A stretch of 17,568 nucleotides of DNA from Geosiphon pyriformis uo1 (lineage: Eukaryota > Fungi > Glomeromycota): positions 1-17,568 of the forward strand of contig JAAOMT010000424.1 in NCBI GenBank assembly GCA_016748015.1. The letters are read 5' to 3'. How positions within the stretch are numbered: the first letter of the stretch is position 1; each line of letters opens with the position of its first letter. The position numbers and the translations under genes were made by a program. The notes beneath the pieces are model-generated. The model saw nothing but the letters and a program-made list of their open reading frames with translations, made no database searches and had not been told where the DNA came from. Of this stretch, positions 1 through 11,470 are shown piece by piece.

Positions 1-1642
1 TTATGTAAACAAAATTGTATAATATTTATCGGCTAAAGATAAGAAAGGCCTCAAGATTTGCACATTAATCTAGTTTGAGCTATTGTCCAAAAAATTTCTC
101 CATTCAATCACCCATTATGATCTAAATATTCACAATCACTTTGAATATTACCCTTGCTTGAGGAAAAAGCGAATATTCTTTTCAGTATTAATGTTGCTAT
201 CTTGGAAAAATTATTCAAATTTAATTTGAAAATTTATCATTGATTAATATTTTCGACATTTTATTTTATTGAGCTCAGCCATTATTTTAATTGTATAGTT
301 TGGTTTCTTTTATGGGTTAAGTATAGATACAGTAACTTCAGTAATTTAAAATTTGGATGTTAGGCTTCCTTGACATAACTAATTGTGCCAATGACTATCA
401 TTCTTCTGGAAAAAGGTTAGATCAGCTTCCGTTTAAATGCACACATGGACTCTTGTTTCACTTTTCTGGAATAAGTTTCTGTCCCAATTTAGCCAATAAA
501 TTGAATTCATAATTAATCTGAAACTCGGAAAAATATTCACAATCTAGTGGGTGAAAAAGTTGAATTTACAACGGAGGAAATAATATCTAAGACTAAATTA
601 ATTTTGGAGAGTTTAGTACAATGAAATCATAGATACAGCAGCATTATAACAATTTGGACTCTAAAACAAACAAACCAAAACAATTTTGAAAAAGAATAAT
701 CCGAACAAAGAGACCGATTGGGGATCCGAAATAGTTTGTTTCAAAAAGAGTGACAAAAAACTATCTCGGACCAGAATTAGGCTATTTCAATTCCCGTTTA
801 AATGTCAGGCCTTTTCTTGCTATGAAAAATAAAATATAACTAGTGTTTAAATTAGTATCTATGTGCATTTAAATACTTTCCCAAATTGTGGAATAAACGA
901 AATAAATTACCATTACATTATTATTATTGAACTATTTTTTAGTGAGCCCGGTCATTTTAGCGACTGTTTACACTCTTAACATACGTAATTTAATGAGCAA
1001 ACCTGAAACGCGAAAACTTTTCTTAATATTCCGAAATCAAAGCACCACATCACGAACAATTTAACACGCCTCTAACTAATATTCTTGTTATTCGTAAATA
1101 TATCCATAATAAACATTCCTAAGTAGGCTTTTGGCATGCTTTCCAAATAGAGACACAAATACGAACGTCCTTGAAAAAGTCTGCATTTCAGCTCTTTTAC
1201 TCAGAGAAAGCTATCTTGTGAGGCAGGTTTTCCTTTCCAATCTCGGCAGCTATCCACTACTAATAACAAATTTGGAGAGTGTTTATTTGAAAAAAGGTCT
1301 TTAGACCCTTTCCTACAGCATTTTTTTTTCTTCCACTTTAGCACCCCATTTTCAAAATTCCCACATTCCTTACTTTAAATCAAGTAAATCACTTGAGATT
1401 TCTCTTTGTCTGCGACAGAGGATTGGTTGATGATTGTCTTGATCATAATATTTTCTAAATAAATCACTGCTCGTCTCGTTCTTTTTTGTCGAATTACATC
1501 TTCTATATTCCCCATTACCTCCGGGATATTGTTGCTTTCACTTTTTCCAACATCTATAGGAGGAAACTTTCCCCATCAAAAATCAAAAAGTTTACATTTT
1601 CTTTAAACCCCACACTTAAACATTTGGGTATACAAGAACGAA

Positions 1643-4600
1643 ATGCCACGAAAAACATCTTTACATAAAAAAAAGGGTAGAGATTCATGGGAAAGGTTAT
1701 CAGAAGTAAATGAAAAGGAGAGTTCATCATTTCAAAAGACGTCCTCACCACAGCGACCAATCGACTTACCGCCGACTGTCTTTATTAATCAATCATCCGA
1801 GAAACCAAGCAATGAGGTTGATTTAATACCAGCTCCCATTTGGTACCGTCCAAACTACGATCAAAAAGACATTTTTGACAATCGTCACCAATTCGAAGTA
1901 GAACAGGGACCTGATGTTCTTTCGTTCTATCCTGCCTACCCTACATTGGAAAATTCTCCAATAGAATCTGTACGAGCGACAGTTTCCAAAAACGATGATC
2001 GCACATTGCCTTGTTTAACTTTTCGCTTTTGGGTGCTCAGTTTTTTTTTCACGGTTTTCGGGGCCGCATTTTCGCAATATTATTATTTCACGACTATACC
2101 ATATCAGTTTTCAGTCTTTTTTGTTCAATTAGCGACTTATCCATTGGGTCGTTTGATGGCCAAGGTGTTACCGCGAAAGACAATTAGAGTTGGAGAATGG
2201 TTTTGCTTTTCCTTAAATCCTGGGTGAGTTAAAATAGAACAAAAAAGAACGTGGTGTTGTGCTTTGGCTAGGGAAAAAGAAAATCTTAAGGGATTTCAAT
2301 GGCAGATTTACAGTAGAAGTAATTTTAGCTACTGTCGATTTACGGGTCTAACTAAACTCTAATAATTACATTGTTTCTTGTTATCTAGACCTTTCAACAT
2401 GAAAGAGCATGCATTAATTGGAGTGGCCGCCTCAGGTATGTTCAATTGGAACTTTATTCTACAAAATCACAATTTCTTACCCATATTGTCCACTTTCCGA
2501 TTCAGCGAGCGCCTACCCATATGCAATATATGCTTTGACAGCTCAAAAATTGTTTTTTGCTCAGCAATTTAGTCATGTTGGGAGTTTATTTTTATTAATA
2601 TCGTCACAATGCCTTGGTTACGGCCTGGTAAGTTTTTACACTATTCTGAAGGGTAAAATTAATAAACTTCCCAGCCTGAGAAACTAAATTAATTTTTTGG
2701 TAGGCAGGAATGGTTTACCCAATCCTTGTTGAAATGCCCGATATGATTTGGCCTTTAACTCTCGTCAATGTAGCTTTCTATAACACTCTTCATGAAACTA
2801 AATACAATTTTATTCGATCCCTTTCCCGCATGCAATTCTTTTGGATTGTATTTATTTGTATTTTCATATGGGAACTATTGCCACAATTCTTTGCACCAAT
2901 TCTGATGAGCTTCACAGTTCTCTGTTATTTTGGGCATAAAAATCCTCATTTGGTTAATTTGGGAAGTGCTAACCGTGGTGTGGGAATTTTGGGGATTACT
3001 TTTGATTGGATGCAAATAACCACTTTTATGCCATTGTCTTCACCTTGGGTATGATCAGTTTTGTTCATTGGAAATACGAACTTCTTGAATGAATTATAAT
3101 TTCAGTTTTCCCTTCTTTTTTTATAGTGGGCACAAGCCAATGTATTGTTTGGCGCTGCAACATTCTTATGGATAATTATGCCAATCGTGTATTATACAAA
3201 TTTTTGGAATGCACGGGATCACCCAATAGTTTCAACTGATGTGTTTGACACATCTGGTCGGCTTTACAATGTTTCACGTATCTTGAATTCAAATACCTCT
3301 GTAGTGGATGAAGCAAAATTTGCAGCTTATTCGCCCATCCGAATGAGCGCTTTCTTTGCATTGGCTTTCGGTTTTGGATTCATCACTATTACTTCAGCAG
3401 TCACTCATGTTTATCTATGGCACGGCTCAGATATGCTAGGAAAATTGAAAAGCACCATTTTAGAAGTGCTTACAAGAGATGAACGAATAACACAATTTGA
3501 TCCATCAACAATGAGTGAGGTCAGTTCTGCACCTTTTTCAACTTTTGAACGAGATCCCAGAAGATTGGAGCGAGACGCTTGTGTTCATGCGAATATGATG
3601 AAGGCCTATCCCAAAATCCCTATAAAATGGTACACAGGTCTCTTTGGTCTATCACTGGTGATGGCCTGTGCATTTACCGTAATGGAACCGATTGCTTTGC
3701 CCATGGTATGAGACGAGAATTCGTTCAGCTAATTTATATTTGAAATGCCTAGCTGAAGATTTTTGCCTTTTTATTTAGTGGGGAGTATTTGCTGCTATTG
3801 TATTGGCTATAGTCGGGATTGTTCCAACAGGAGTGATTCAGGCAATGACAAACCAACAAATTGGTCTAAATATTGTATCTGAAGTAATTGGTGGTTATAT
3901 TTTCCCTGGGCGACCAATTGCAAACACGACCTTCAAAACTTATTCTTACTGGGGAATGGGTCAATGTCTCACGATGCTGCAGCAATTCAAACTTGGTCAA
4001 TATATGAAGATTCCTCCCCGAAAGATGTTCATTGTTCAAATCTATGGGACTCTTTTGGCAGCCACAGTCAGCTATACGATAATGAACTTTATGATAAACT
4101 CCCATCGTGAAGAAATCATTTCAGATAAGGGGGGATTCTCTGCAAACATTCCACGAATAGTATACTCTGCATCAGTAATCTGGGGTGCTGCCGGACCACA
4201 AAGAATTTTTGGCTACGGTTCACCATATTTCCCTTTAGTTTGGTTATGGTTCATAGGATTTTTATTGCCAGTTCCGTTCTATTTACTTCATAAACGCTTT
4301 CCGAAATCGAAATTCCCATGGAAATTTGTTAATATTCCGTTAATTTTTTTGGGGGCCGCGTTGATCGTACAGTTCCCGAAAAATAATATAATAATGACTG
4401 CAGCGATAGGGTTTTTCACACAGTTCTCATTATATAGATATCGACATGATTGGTGGCGAAAATATAATTATGTCGGGAACGCGGCCTTGGATTCCGGAGC
4501 CCAGATCTGTACACTTTTAGTATTTTTATTTACGAATGGGTTTTTCACGGTAAGAACTTGATATCTCACATTCGTAGTTTTGTCGAAAGCAATTTAACGT

Positions 4601-4689
4601 TTTTACCGTTTACTTTTCCACAGAGCGTAAAATTTCCGACATGGTATGGAAATAACCCCCTAAACCCAGAACAATGTGGTGCCAATTAA
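1643..4689 (+). CDS. OPT-family oligopeptide transporter (Isp4/Opt1-like), 7 exons, 836 aa
   Basis: Exons 1643-2223, 2389-2435, 2506-2627, 2704-3048, 3127-3705, 3779-4549 and 4624-4689. All introns are GT-AG and the exons sum to 2511 nt in one open frame ending TAA. Splicing restores OPT motifs: NSPIESVRATV, LTFRFW, LNPGPFNMKEH, GYGLAG...MIWP, YMKIPPR, SASVIWG, WWRKYNY...ALDSG and C-terminal FPTWYGN. Confidence 0.96.
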
Positions 4690-5149
4690 AGCTAATCGAA
4701 ATGTAAAATCTCCTGTATTGTTATAATACTCCTCAAATCGGGTCACAAGCATAAATTAGTAAATATATTTGCATTTAGACATAGCATTAACTTAAACCTT
4801 AACATCAAACATAAGAATATTAGTAATAGTAATAATAGTATTATATTAATTGTAAAAAGCCCTGTAACAATAGAAATGTAACTTTCTCTTTGGACGTCCC
4901 TGAAATAGTAGTATATAAGGAAACTACCGAAGAGCTTTTATGAGATCATTATTCAAAATTCTCTGAACAAGTTGGTTGCCTAAAACTTTTTACAAAGCAG
5001 AAATTAATAGTTTGCAATTTTTCCTCGAAGCATAAAAGAAAGTCTTCGATTTTTACTAAAATAAAATTGTGTGATTTATTGGGAAGAGAGAATATAGTAT
5101 GTCTTTAGTTTAATCCAATTCGGATTTACGAATTTAAGAATGATTGATA

Positions 5150-6400
5150 ACAAAAATAAGTAATGATCGAGATGATGAGCTTTAAATTTTAATTGATAAC
5201 AATAATAATTACTTATCTACAATATACGTGAATTTAATAAAAAAAAGATTAAAATTTATAGATCAATATCAATTTAAGTTTGTATAAAAAAAAGATTTTT
5301 TCTTTTAAAATAATTTTTACATAACTAAAGAATACATTATATTTAAGTGAAATTATTCTTTTCAAAAATAATATTTTTTTAATTAATAAAAAGGTTGAAA
5401 AAAAAATTTATAAATTTAAAATATAATTAATTAATTAGTTATTATTAAAAAAAAAAAATTTTTTTTATGATTATTAATTTTTAATCAAAATGAATATATA
5501 CTTTGTAAAAAATAATGTCATTTGAAGTTAACTTTGCTACAATACATCCATTCGTTAAAAGTTCTTTTACTTCAATATAAATTTTTTTAATTAAAATTAT
5601 AAAAATTTATATACAATTCTGGAATAAGAATACTGAAAATATTTTGAAGTATTGTGTTTTTTTTTTAATAAATGGCAATAACTCGAATAAGTTAATAATT
5701 AAATTAGTAATTAAATTAAAAAAAGAAGTTAATAATTAAGTTAGTAATTAAATTAAAAAAAGAAGTTAATAATTAAGTTAGTAATTAAATTAAAAAAAGA
5801 AGTTAATAATTAAGTTAGTAATTAAATTAAAAAAAGAAGTTAATAATTAAGTTAATAATTAAATTAGTAATTAAATAAAATAAAAAAAAATAAAAAAATT
5901 ATTGTACCACTTTAAAAATAAATCAAATAAAGTTAAAAATTTAAAATTAAAAGCAATATATTTAGCAATAATTATGTTTTAAATTTATAAGCAATAATAA
6001 AAAAGTTTTTTAATCATGTTATATCTTTTAAATAACACACATTAATTGTCATAAAATAAAACTTTTATTACAGTTATTTGATAAAGATTTATTTTTAAAC
6101 AAGAAAAATAAAAATAAAAATAAAAAAGATTAGATTGTAAAAGTTTTTTTAATAGCATAAAAATTTGTTCATATAAGTATTAAAAAACAATTAAAAATAA
6201 TTTAATTTTAAAAGTATGATAATGATATAACTAAAAAATAAATTAAATATAATAAACAAAATATGAGAAATAATCAATTTTCAAAAAAATTTTTAAATTT
6301 TTATATTTGATAGACAAATTTAAGAATAATACATTTATTTTTTATAAATTAATAAATGAAATCAATTTTTTTTTCTTTGTGAATTGTAAGATTTAGTAAC
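5150..6400. other. Extremely AT-rich low-complexity intergenic block
   Basis: Sampled lines have 1/60 (5401-5460) and 7/60 (5281-5340) G+C, with long A/T homopolymers and no ORF of 60 aa or more. Boundaries are approximate. Confidence 0.8.
5689..5876. repeat. 37-bp AT-rich minisatellite, 4 full copies plus a partial or rearranged copy
   Basis: Unit aagttaataattaagttagtaattaaattaaaaaaag starts at 5689 (one variant base), 5726, 5763 and 5800. A degenerate copy follows from 5837. There are no spacers between units. Confidence 0.93.
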
Positions 6401-6959
6401 TAGTGTATAATTGACCAATCCTTAATCGATCCTGACCATTTATTCATATTCAAAGTAACATTTCAATATTTAAAAAGTCTCTTACTGGTTTTCGAATCAA
6501 TAATATCAAATATAAACCTGTAATCTAGATAATTTTGCTAACATGAACCCCCATTAATAATTCAAAATAGTTTTTTAAAGTACTTGAATAGGAGAGAATT
6601 GGTGCGAACAGAAAAAGATCATGAGGTATGAAACATAATTTTTTGCGAAACCAAGTATATTTCAGATTTTACCTAAAAAGGTAAAAAAGCCGAATGCTAT
6701 ACAATGGATGGTGATGCAAGTGCTTTTTGATCTTTTGAGTGATCGGCTATAAAAGGCTTAATTTGTATTTAAACTTTATGTACGGGATAAATATTAGGTT
6801 TTGTTGGAAATCTATCATGATTGCAAGCTAATAAGTCTGCAAAAAAGAAATTTGTTTCCGGTGTAAAAATAAACTGTATATCATCATATTTTCTTTTATG
6901 AAGTGAGGGAATTATAAATAATTCTAAGGAATTTTCCATGATTGAAGCACAATATCTCG

Positions 6960-8520
6960 CTAACTCTTAAGTCTGGTACCCGATCTCTTTTTTTCGTAGG
7001 ATATTGTATGTTCAGATGACAATGTAATAATAGAATTGCTATTTGTTTCACCCATATGATTATTATCATGCCAACCTTCATTCCTGATATATTCGATTGC
7101 TTTAAGAGTACTTCCGATTGGCAGAAAGGCTATAATAAAAAAATATGACCAAATCTCATGGTAGTCAAACGCATTAGGAATGAGGTAGAGCATTGTAGGC
7201 GTCCATTGTAACAAAAACATCAAAATGTATCCTAGAATCTTTCGTTCCACAACTACGTTGAAACTTTTATTTTCATCAGAAATATGCTCTGAATTCAGTC
7301 GCCGAAGAGCGCTCCAGTAGGCAAACCAAGAAATGAAAAGAAATAAAACAGATATCACTAATAGAATGCTTGGAATGATTGGCTCATTGTCAGATAGGAA
7401 GCACCTATTTTAAAATTCAAAAATAAAATGATCAAGAAAGTTGTTATTGCTGAGAAAAATGTGGAATCAATTTCAGTAAAGACTAGCATGATAACTGTCA
7501 AGTACCAAAAAACGCTTGGTCCATAACTATTAGATGATATGAGACAAAGGATACCTGGAATGAAGGTAACCTAAGAATTAAATCGATCAGAGTTATAGTT
7601 TGAATATTAAAAAAATTTCAAGCAAAAAATTGGTTTTTAATATACCCATATCCACAAACGATGATCAAAACGGCCAAATTCAAAAGAAACATCGTTTTGA
7701 ACTGAATTAGAAAATTTCCAGATGATAAATATTTGATGAGAAAGATTTTGATTATAGCTGGTTTATGAATGGAAATCATGAAAAACAAACCTCGGGTCCA
7801 AAAGACAAATGCAACAGTTCCGACCTATATAAGCAAAATAAATTAATAATAATAATAATAATAATAATAAAATAATCAAGCGTTAAATTATTGCTGAAGA
7901 ATAATTACCAAAAAAAAATTCGTTGTAATAAGCCAGAAAGTGACTCCACCAAAAAATCTACAAGTTTTTTCATGCCATAAAGTCTTAAAAAGTATTGGAT
8001 GTATCTGTAAAATATTTACAAAATGTCAAAATGGTTGAAAAACATTTAATGATTAAGATCTTTTAGTTTACCAAGTTCAACCCTGTAACTGTTAACAATG
8101 ATGCTTCTGATTTGTTCGGTAGAAGGCAGCAAATTTTTAGTATTTTTGAATGGTTTTATCACAATATCTGGAATAAGAAAAATCTAAGATTTTTAACGTA
8201 CCTAATATTGCACAATAAAATGGTAACTTTAGTGCCATTGACAGGGGCTCAAGAGTTATTTCCCAACGCGAAAAGAATCGAAAAGTAAGGTAAAACATGG
8301 ATAAAATGTCAAAAAATAAGAGTATGAACCCCAATAGAAATATTATTTGTAAAATTTTTGGATCGAATCGATCAAGAATTAAATCTTTTGAAACATCCTT
8401 TTCTCTATCATCGTAACCAAAAGAGGGAAGGGAATCAGATTCTCTTGGTTTTAAAATAAGGAAAAAGAGAAAAGCCAAAATAACTAGTAAAGAAGATTTT
8501 TGATCGAATTTTCGCAACAT
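6960..8520 (-). CDS. Orphan 7TM / GPCR-like membrane protein, 7 coding exons, 349 aa
   Basis: Exons 8520-8202, 8106-8072, 8004-7909, 7824-7791, 7701-7646, 7570-7506 and 7404-6960. All introns are GT-AG and the exons sum to 1050 nt in frame ending TAG. The product has an N-terminal hydrophobic leader and about 7 further hydrophobic segments. A Cys lies at the start of TM3 (KTCRFFGG) and a second in the YGPSVFWC loop, the usual GPCR disulfide arrangement. TM6 reads FLLQWTP, the post-TM7 segment is YIRNEGW, and the tail is Ser/Thr-rich. Resemblance to cAMP-receptor-like/Git3-like fungal receptors is from recall, not from a search. Confidence 0.85.
7845..7868. repeat. (AAT)8 microsatellite in intron 3 of the 7TM gene
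   Basis: Perfect AAT x8 within intron 7908-7825. Confidence 0.9.
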
Positions 8521-8522
8521 TT

Positions 8523-8656
8523 CTAAAAAATGGGAATAAAATAAAGGAATGGGAATTCGAAAGGAAAAGGAAAAGGGAAAGAGGAAAGGGGAAAGGGGAA
8601 AAGGGAAAGGGGAAAGGGGAAAGGGAAAAGGGAAAGGGAAATGAATGAATGAATAC
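8523..8656 (-). other. Probable 5'-UTR intron of the 7TM gene
   Basis: The minus strand reads caa|gtattc at 8656 and ttttttag|aaATG at 8523, placing an acceptor 2 nt before the start codon. The putative upstream exon has no in-frame ATG before a stop. Confidence 0.55.
8559..8641 (+). repeat. 83-nt pure purine tract (G3-4 A3-4)n, potential G-quadruplex/triplex
   Basis: Only A and G occur from 8559 to 8641. Eight consecutive G3-4 runs with 3-4 nt A loops lie at 8588-8638, and (atga)3 follows. Confidence 0.9.
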
Positions 8657-11470
8657 TTGAATACAGTTTAAAAACTGTTGAGGAGATATTAAGAGACTGA
8701 GGAATATGTGAGGAAGAACATAAAAGGTCAAATGGCCAAGTTCACTCTGAGAACATTATCAAATTCGTGATAAGAACTGAGAAAAATTTCCGCGTTTTTT
8801 TAAATGAACTGTGATACTTTTTTGGATATACTGATCTTGTGCAGATTGTGCAACAAACTGCCAAGTTAAACATGGCTCGAATGTGAAGTTTTATTGGAGT
8901 ACTCTTGTAATTTAGTATATGGTGACCTATTAAGTTTGATTTTAAAACTCAAATTCTATTTCAATTAATTTCAATGACATATGAGTTTGCATAAAAAGCC
9001 TTGTAGCTGTTGTCCAATTCTGATGCACTACATAGTATTCTTTAAAGACCCTTCGTTTTTTTCTTTGATCGGTTATTGTTAGTGATTGATAATGCTTTTT
9101 TGAAGACGAAGCCAATTAAATTAATATGAGCTTTGTTAGTGCTTAATTTGAACATGGAATTTGCTTTGCAAATTTAAAGAAAATATGTATTCGAAGAACT
9201 CTTTAAAAGTTTTTATGAATTTGTGAATATAATTATAGTTTAAAGAACTGAAAAGTTTGATATTTAGTTTTTTTTTACCTGAAATAAATTTTTGATATCA
9301 CATATTGCAAAAAATTGGTCTTTAAATTGGTCCCCAAATTGAACAGCAATTCATAAAATTGGTAGCAATAAATTTGGTAATTTTATATTGAATAGTTTAT
9401 CTTACTTTAATTTTATCAACACACTACATAAATATATAGATACATACAATCATACATACTTATATCCATTCATTCATTTATTATGCTTCCCGTTTGTAAT
9501 AAATAGGGTTTGCTAGTGTTAAAGATTTTGGCTAAAAGAGACTTTATTATATCAAAATAATATTTCATTTTAATATATTGAACCTTCTAATAAAAAAATT
9601 GAATGAAGGTAAAAAAATTATTAATCCTTAATTTTTTGCTTTTATATAAATATTTATGTTCAACAACAAATTAATTTTTTTCATGATCAAGAAAATGTTG
9701 AAATCATAAAGATATGTTTTTCGCTCTTTGGATAAATTTGAAACAATAGTCAAATATTCAATAATGTCAACATTGTTTAAAATAATTAAATTACGAGTCA
9801 CAAAAATAAATTAATTAAATGTCATTTTTAAGTTTACGTTATGTTCGGTAAAATTTACTTTGTTGTTCAGAATGAAAAAATTATCAACTTTTAAAATATC
9901 TCTATCTTTGTAAATAAATGATAAAAATATAAACGTGAATTTTTTGTTGTTGTTGCAGAAAACATAATTTTCATTTTTAATCAAAAACTATAAATAGAAG
10001 GTTAACTTTCATAAATTTTAAAAGGCTTGATTTTTTACATTACGTCTTACTGAACTCAACCGATTAATTTATTGGTTTAACAGATAAAAGGTTTGTGAAA
10101 AATAAGTTGTGAATGTGTTCAGTAAAGTGTCACAAAATTTTATATATATCAAATTTTTTAAAAATACGACCCATTAGCTTGGACACATGAGATATCATCT
10201 TAACTTTATTTATGAACACAAAAAATTGAAAATTTTTTTACCAAAATTTAAGTTAAGGTCTATGCGTATGAATTCCTCTTGGCAAATATTTGGTTTGAGT
10301 AAATATCAAGAAAAGAAATGGAAGGTGCATTTTGATTACAATTTACACCTACTTAAAAACCAACCATGCACTTACAATTTACACGTGGTTACAACTAACC
10401 GGAATAATTGAGAGGTATTGTTTTTTTTTGACCATTTTTTTACATTGGTACTAAAAAATCAATCTTGTACACCCTTTTGTACATGTATCTTGATATTAAA
10501 TCTATCACTAACCCACTAAGAAATTATTTTCGAATAGCTTTATGCGTTTTTTTTTAAACTATTCCCTTCAATTTTTACTTTAGAAAATATTAAAGAATAA
10601 TTTTTAATCGAGTAAAATTCAAAGATATAAAAATCCACGAATAAATCTTAATTGCAATAATATGCATGTTCATAATGTCTGCTCTATAAAAACCATTTAA
10701 ATTAGGCGTTTGCATTTGTAAATTTATTTCCTATTATTTAGATTATGCCTTTTTCAAATGGCGATTGCTTTCTTGGTCTCAAAAGCTCTATGACAGCACA
10801 AATATCTAGGAGATATTTAGTGTAACGAATTAAATACAATGTGTTTGTATTTGTGCATAAACTTTGATTCTGAAGAAAAGTAGAATACAGATATTGACTC
10901 CTCAAATTTTGCGTTAAATCTTTTAAATAAACTTTTCAAATTTTGATCATACCAATAGAATTTTAATATTCAAGAAGATAAATTTAAAGTCTTTCATTAA
11001 TTTAAATTTACATTGCAAAACTGAATTGCATATTTAAAGTTGTCTAATCTACAAATTTTCTCGCAAATCAATTTGTATTTTTGAAGATCCAAATAATGTG
11101 TCGCATTTGAAAAAACCCCTGTTTTCAGATTTGTTACTCAAAGTCAGCCGCACTTTTATTTGACATAAAGTTTGAGTAATCAGAATATCACTTTTTTAAA
11201 AGTTATAGAAAAAAAATTTTGTGTTCGTTTTTACAATAGTCAATCCGCTTTCTCCATGCCGTGATTGAGGATTGAAGATATAAATCTAGCTTCTGCTCTA
11301 AATTGTTGGACTTTTGATAAAGCATTCGAGAGGCCCAGGTTTTTCAATTTAAATATATTATTATTCATTATTGATATTCTTTGGGGTTAAATGTAAAATC
11401 TCAAAGATTAAATCTGCTCTTCTCAAAAAGGTCAATCGAATAAATTTCTATTAAATGGAGCATCTCGGCC

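Noticed and set aside
1-1480. Possible gene remnant or RNA gene upstream of the OPT
   Set aside because: I could not see a spliceable frame, tRNA or rRNA signature on either strand.
1486-4105. Short ORFs 1486-1668, 1554-1760, 3176-3361 and 3866-4105
   Set aside because: They overlap or lie antisense to the well-supported OPT gene and have no recognisable motifs.
5689-5876. 37-bp repeats as a CRISPR array
   Set aside because: Units are head-to-tail with no unique spacers, there are no cas genes, and the context is eukaryotic.
8435-8731. 98-aa ORF rich in FPFP
   Set aside because: It is a translation of the pyrimidine repeat with a non-ATG start and overlaps the real gene start in another frame.
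10187-10411. 74-aa ORF and a CACGTG (bHLH/Pho4-type) site at 10382
   Set aside because: The ORF has AT-driven composition and no motif or splice support. A single hexamer more than 1.6 kb from either start is expected by chance.
10800-11179. Small hairpins (10800-10818, 10832-10852, 11134-11179)
   Set aside because: Stems of 8-9 bp that are mostly A/T are common by chance at this composition, and there is no supporting context.
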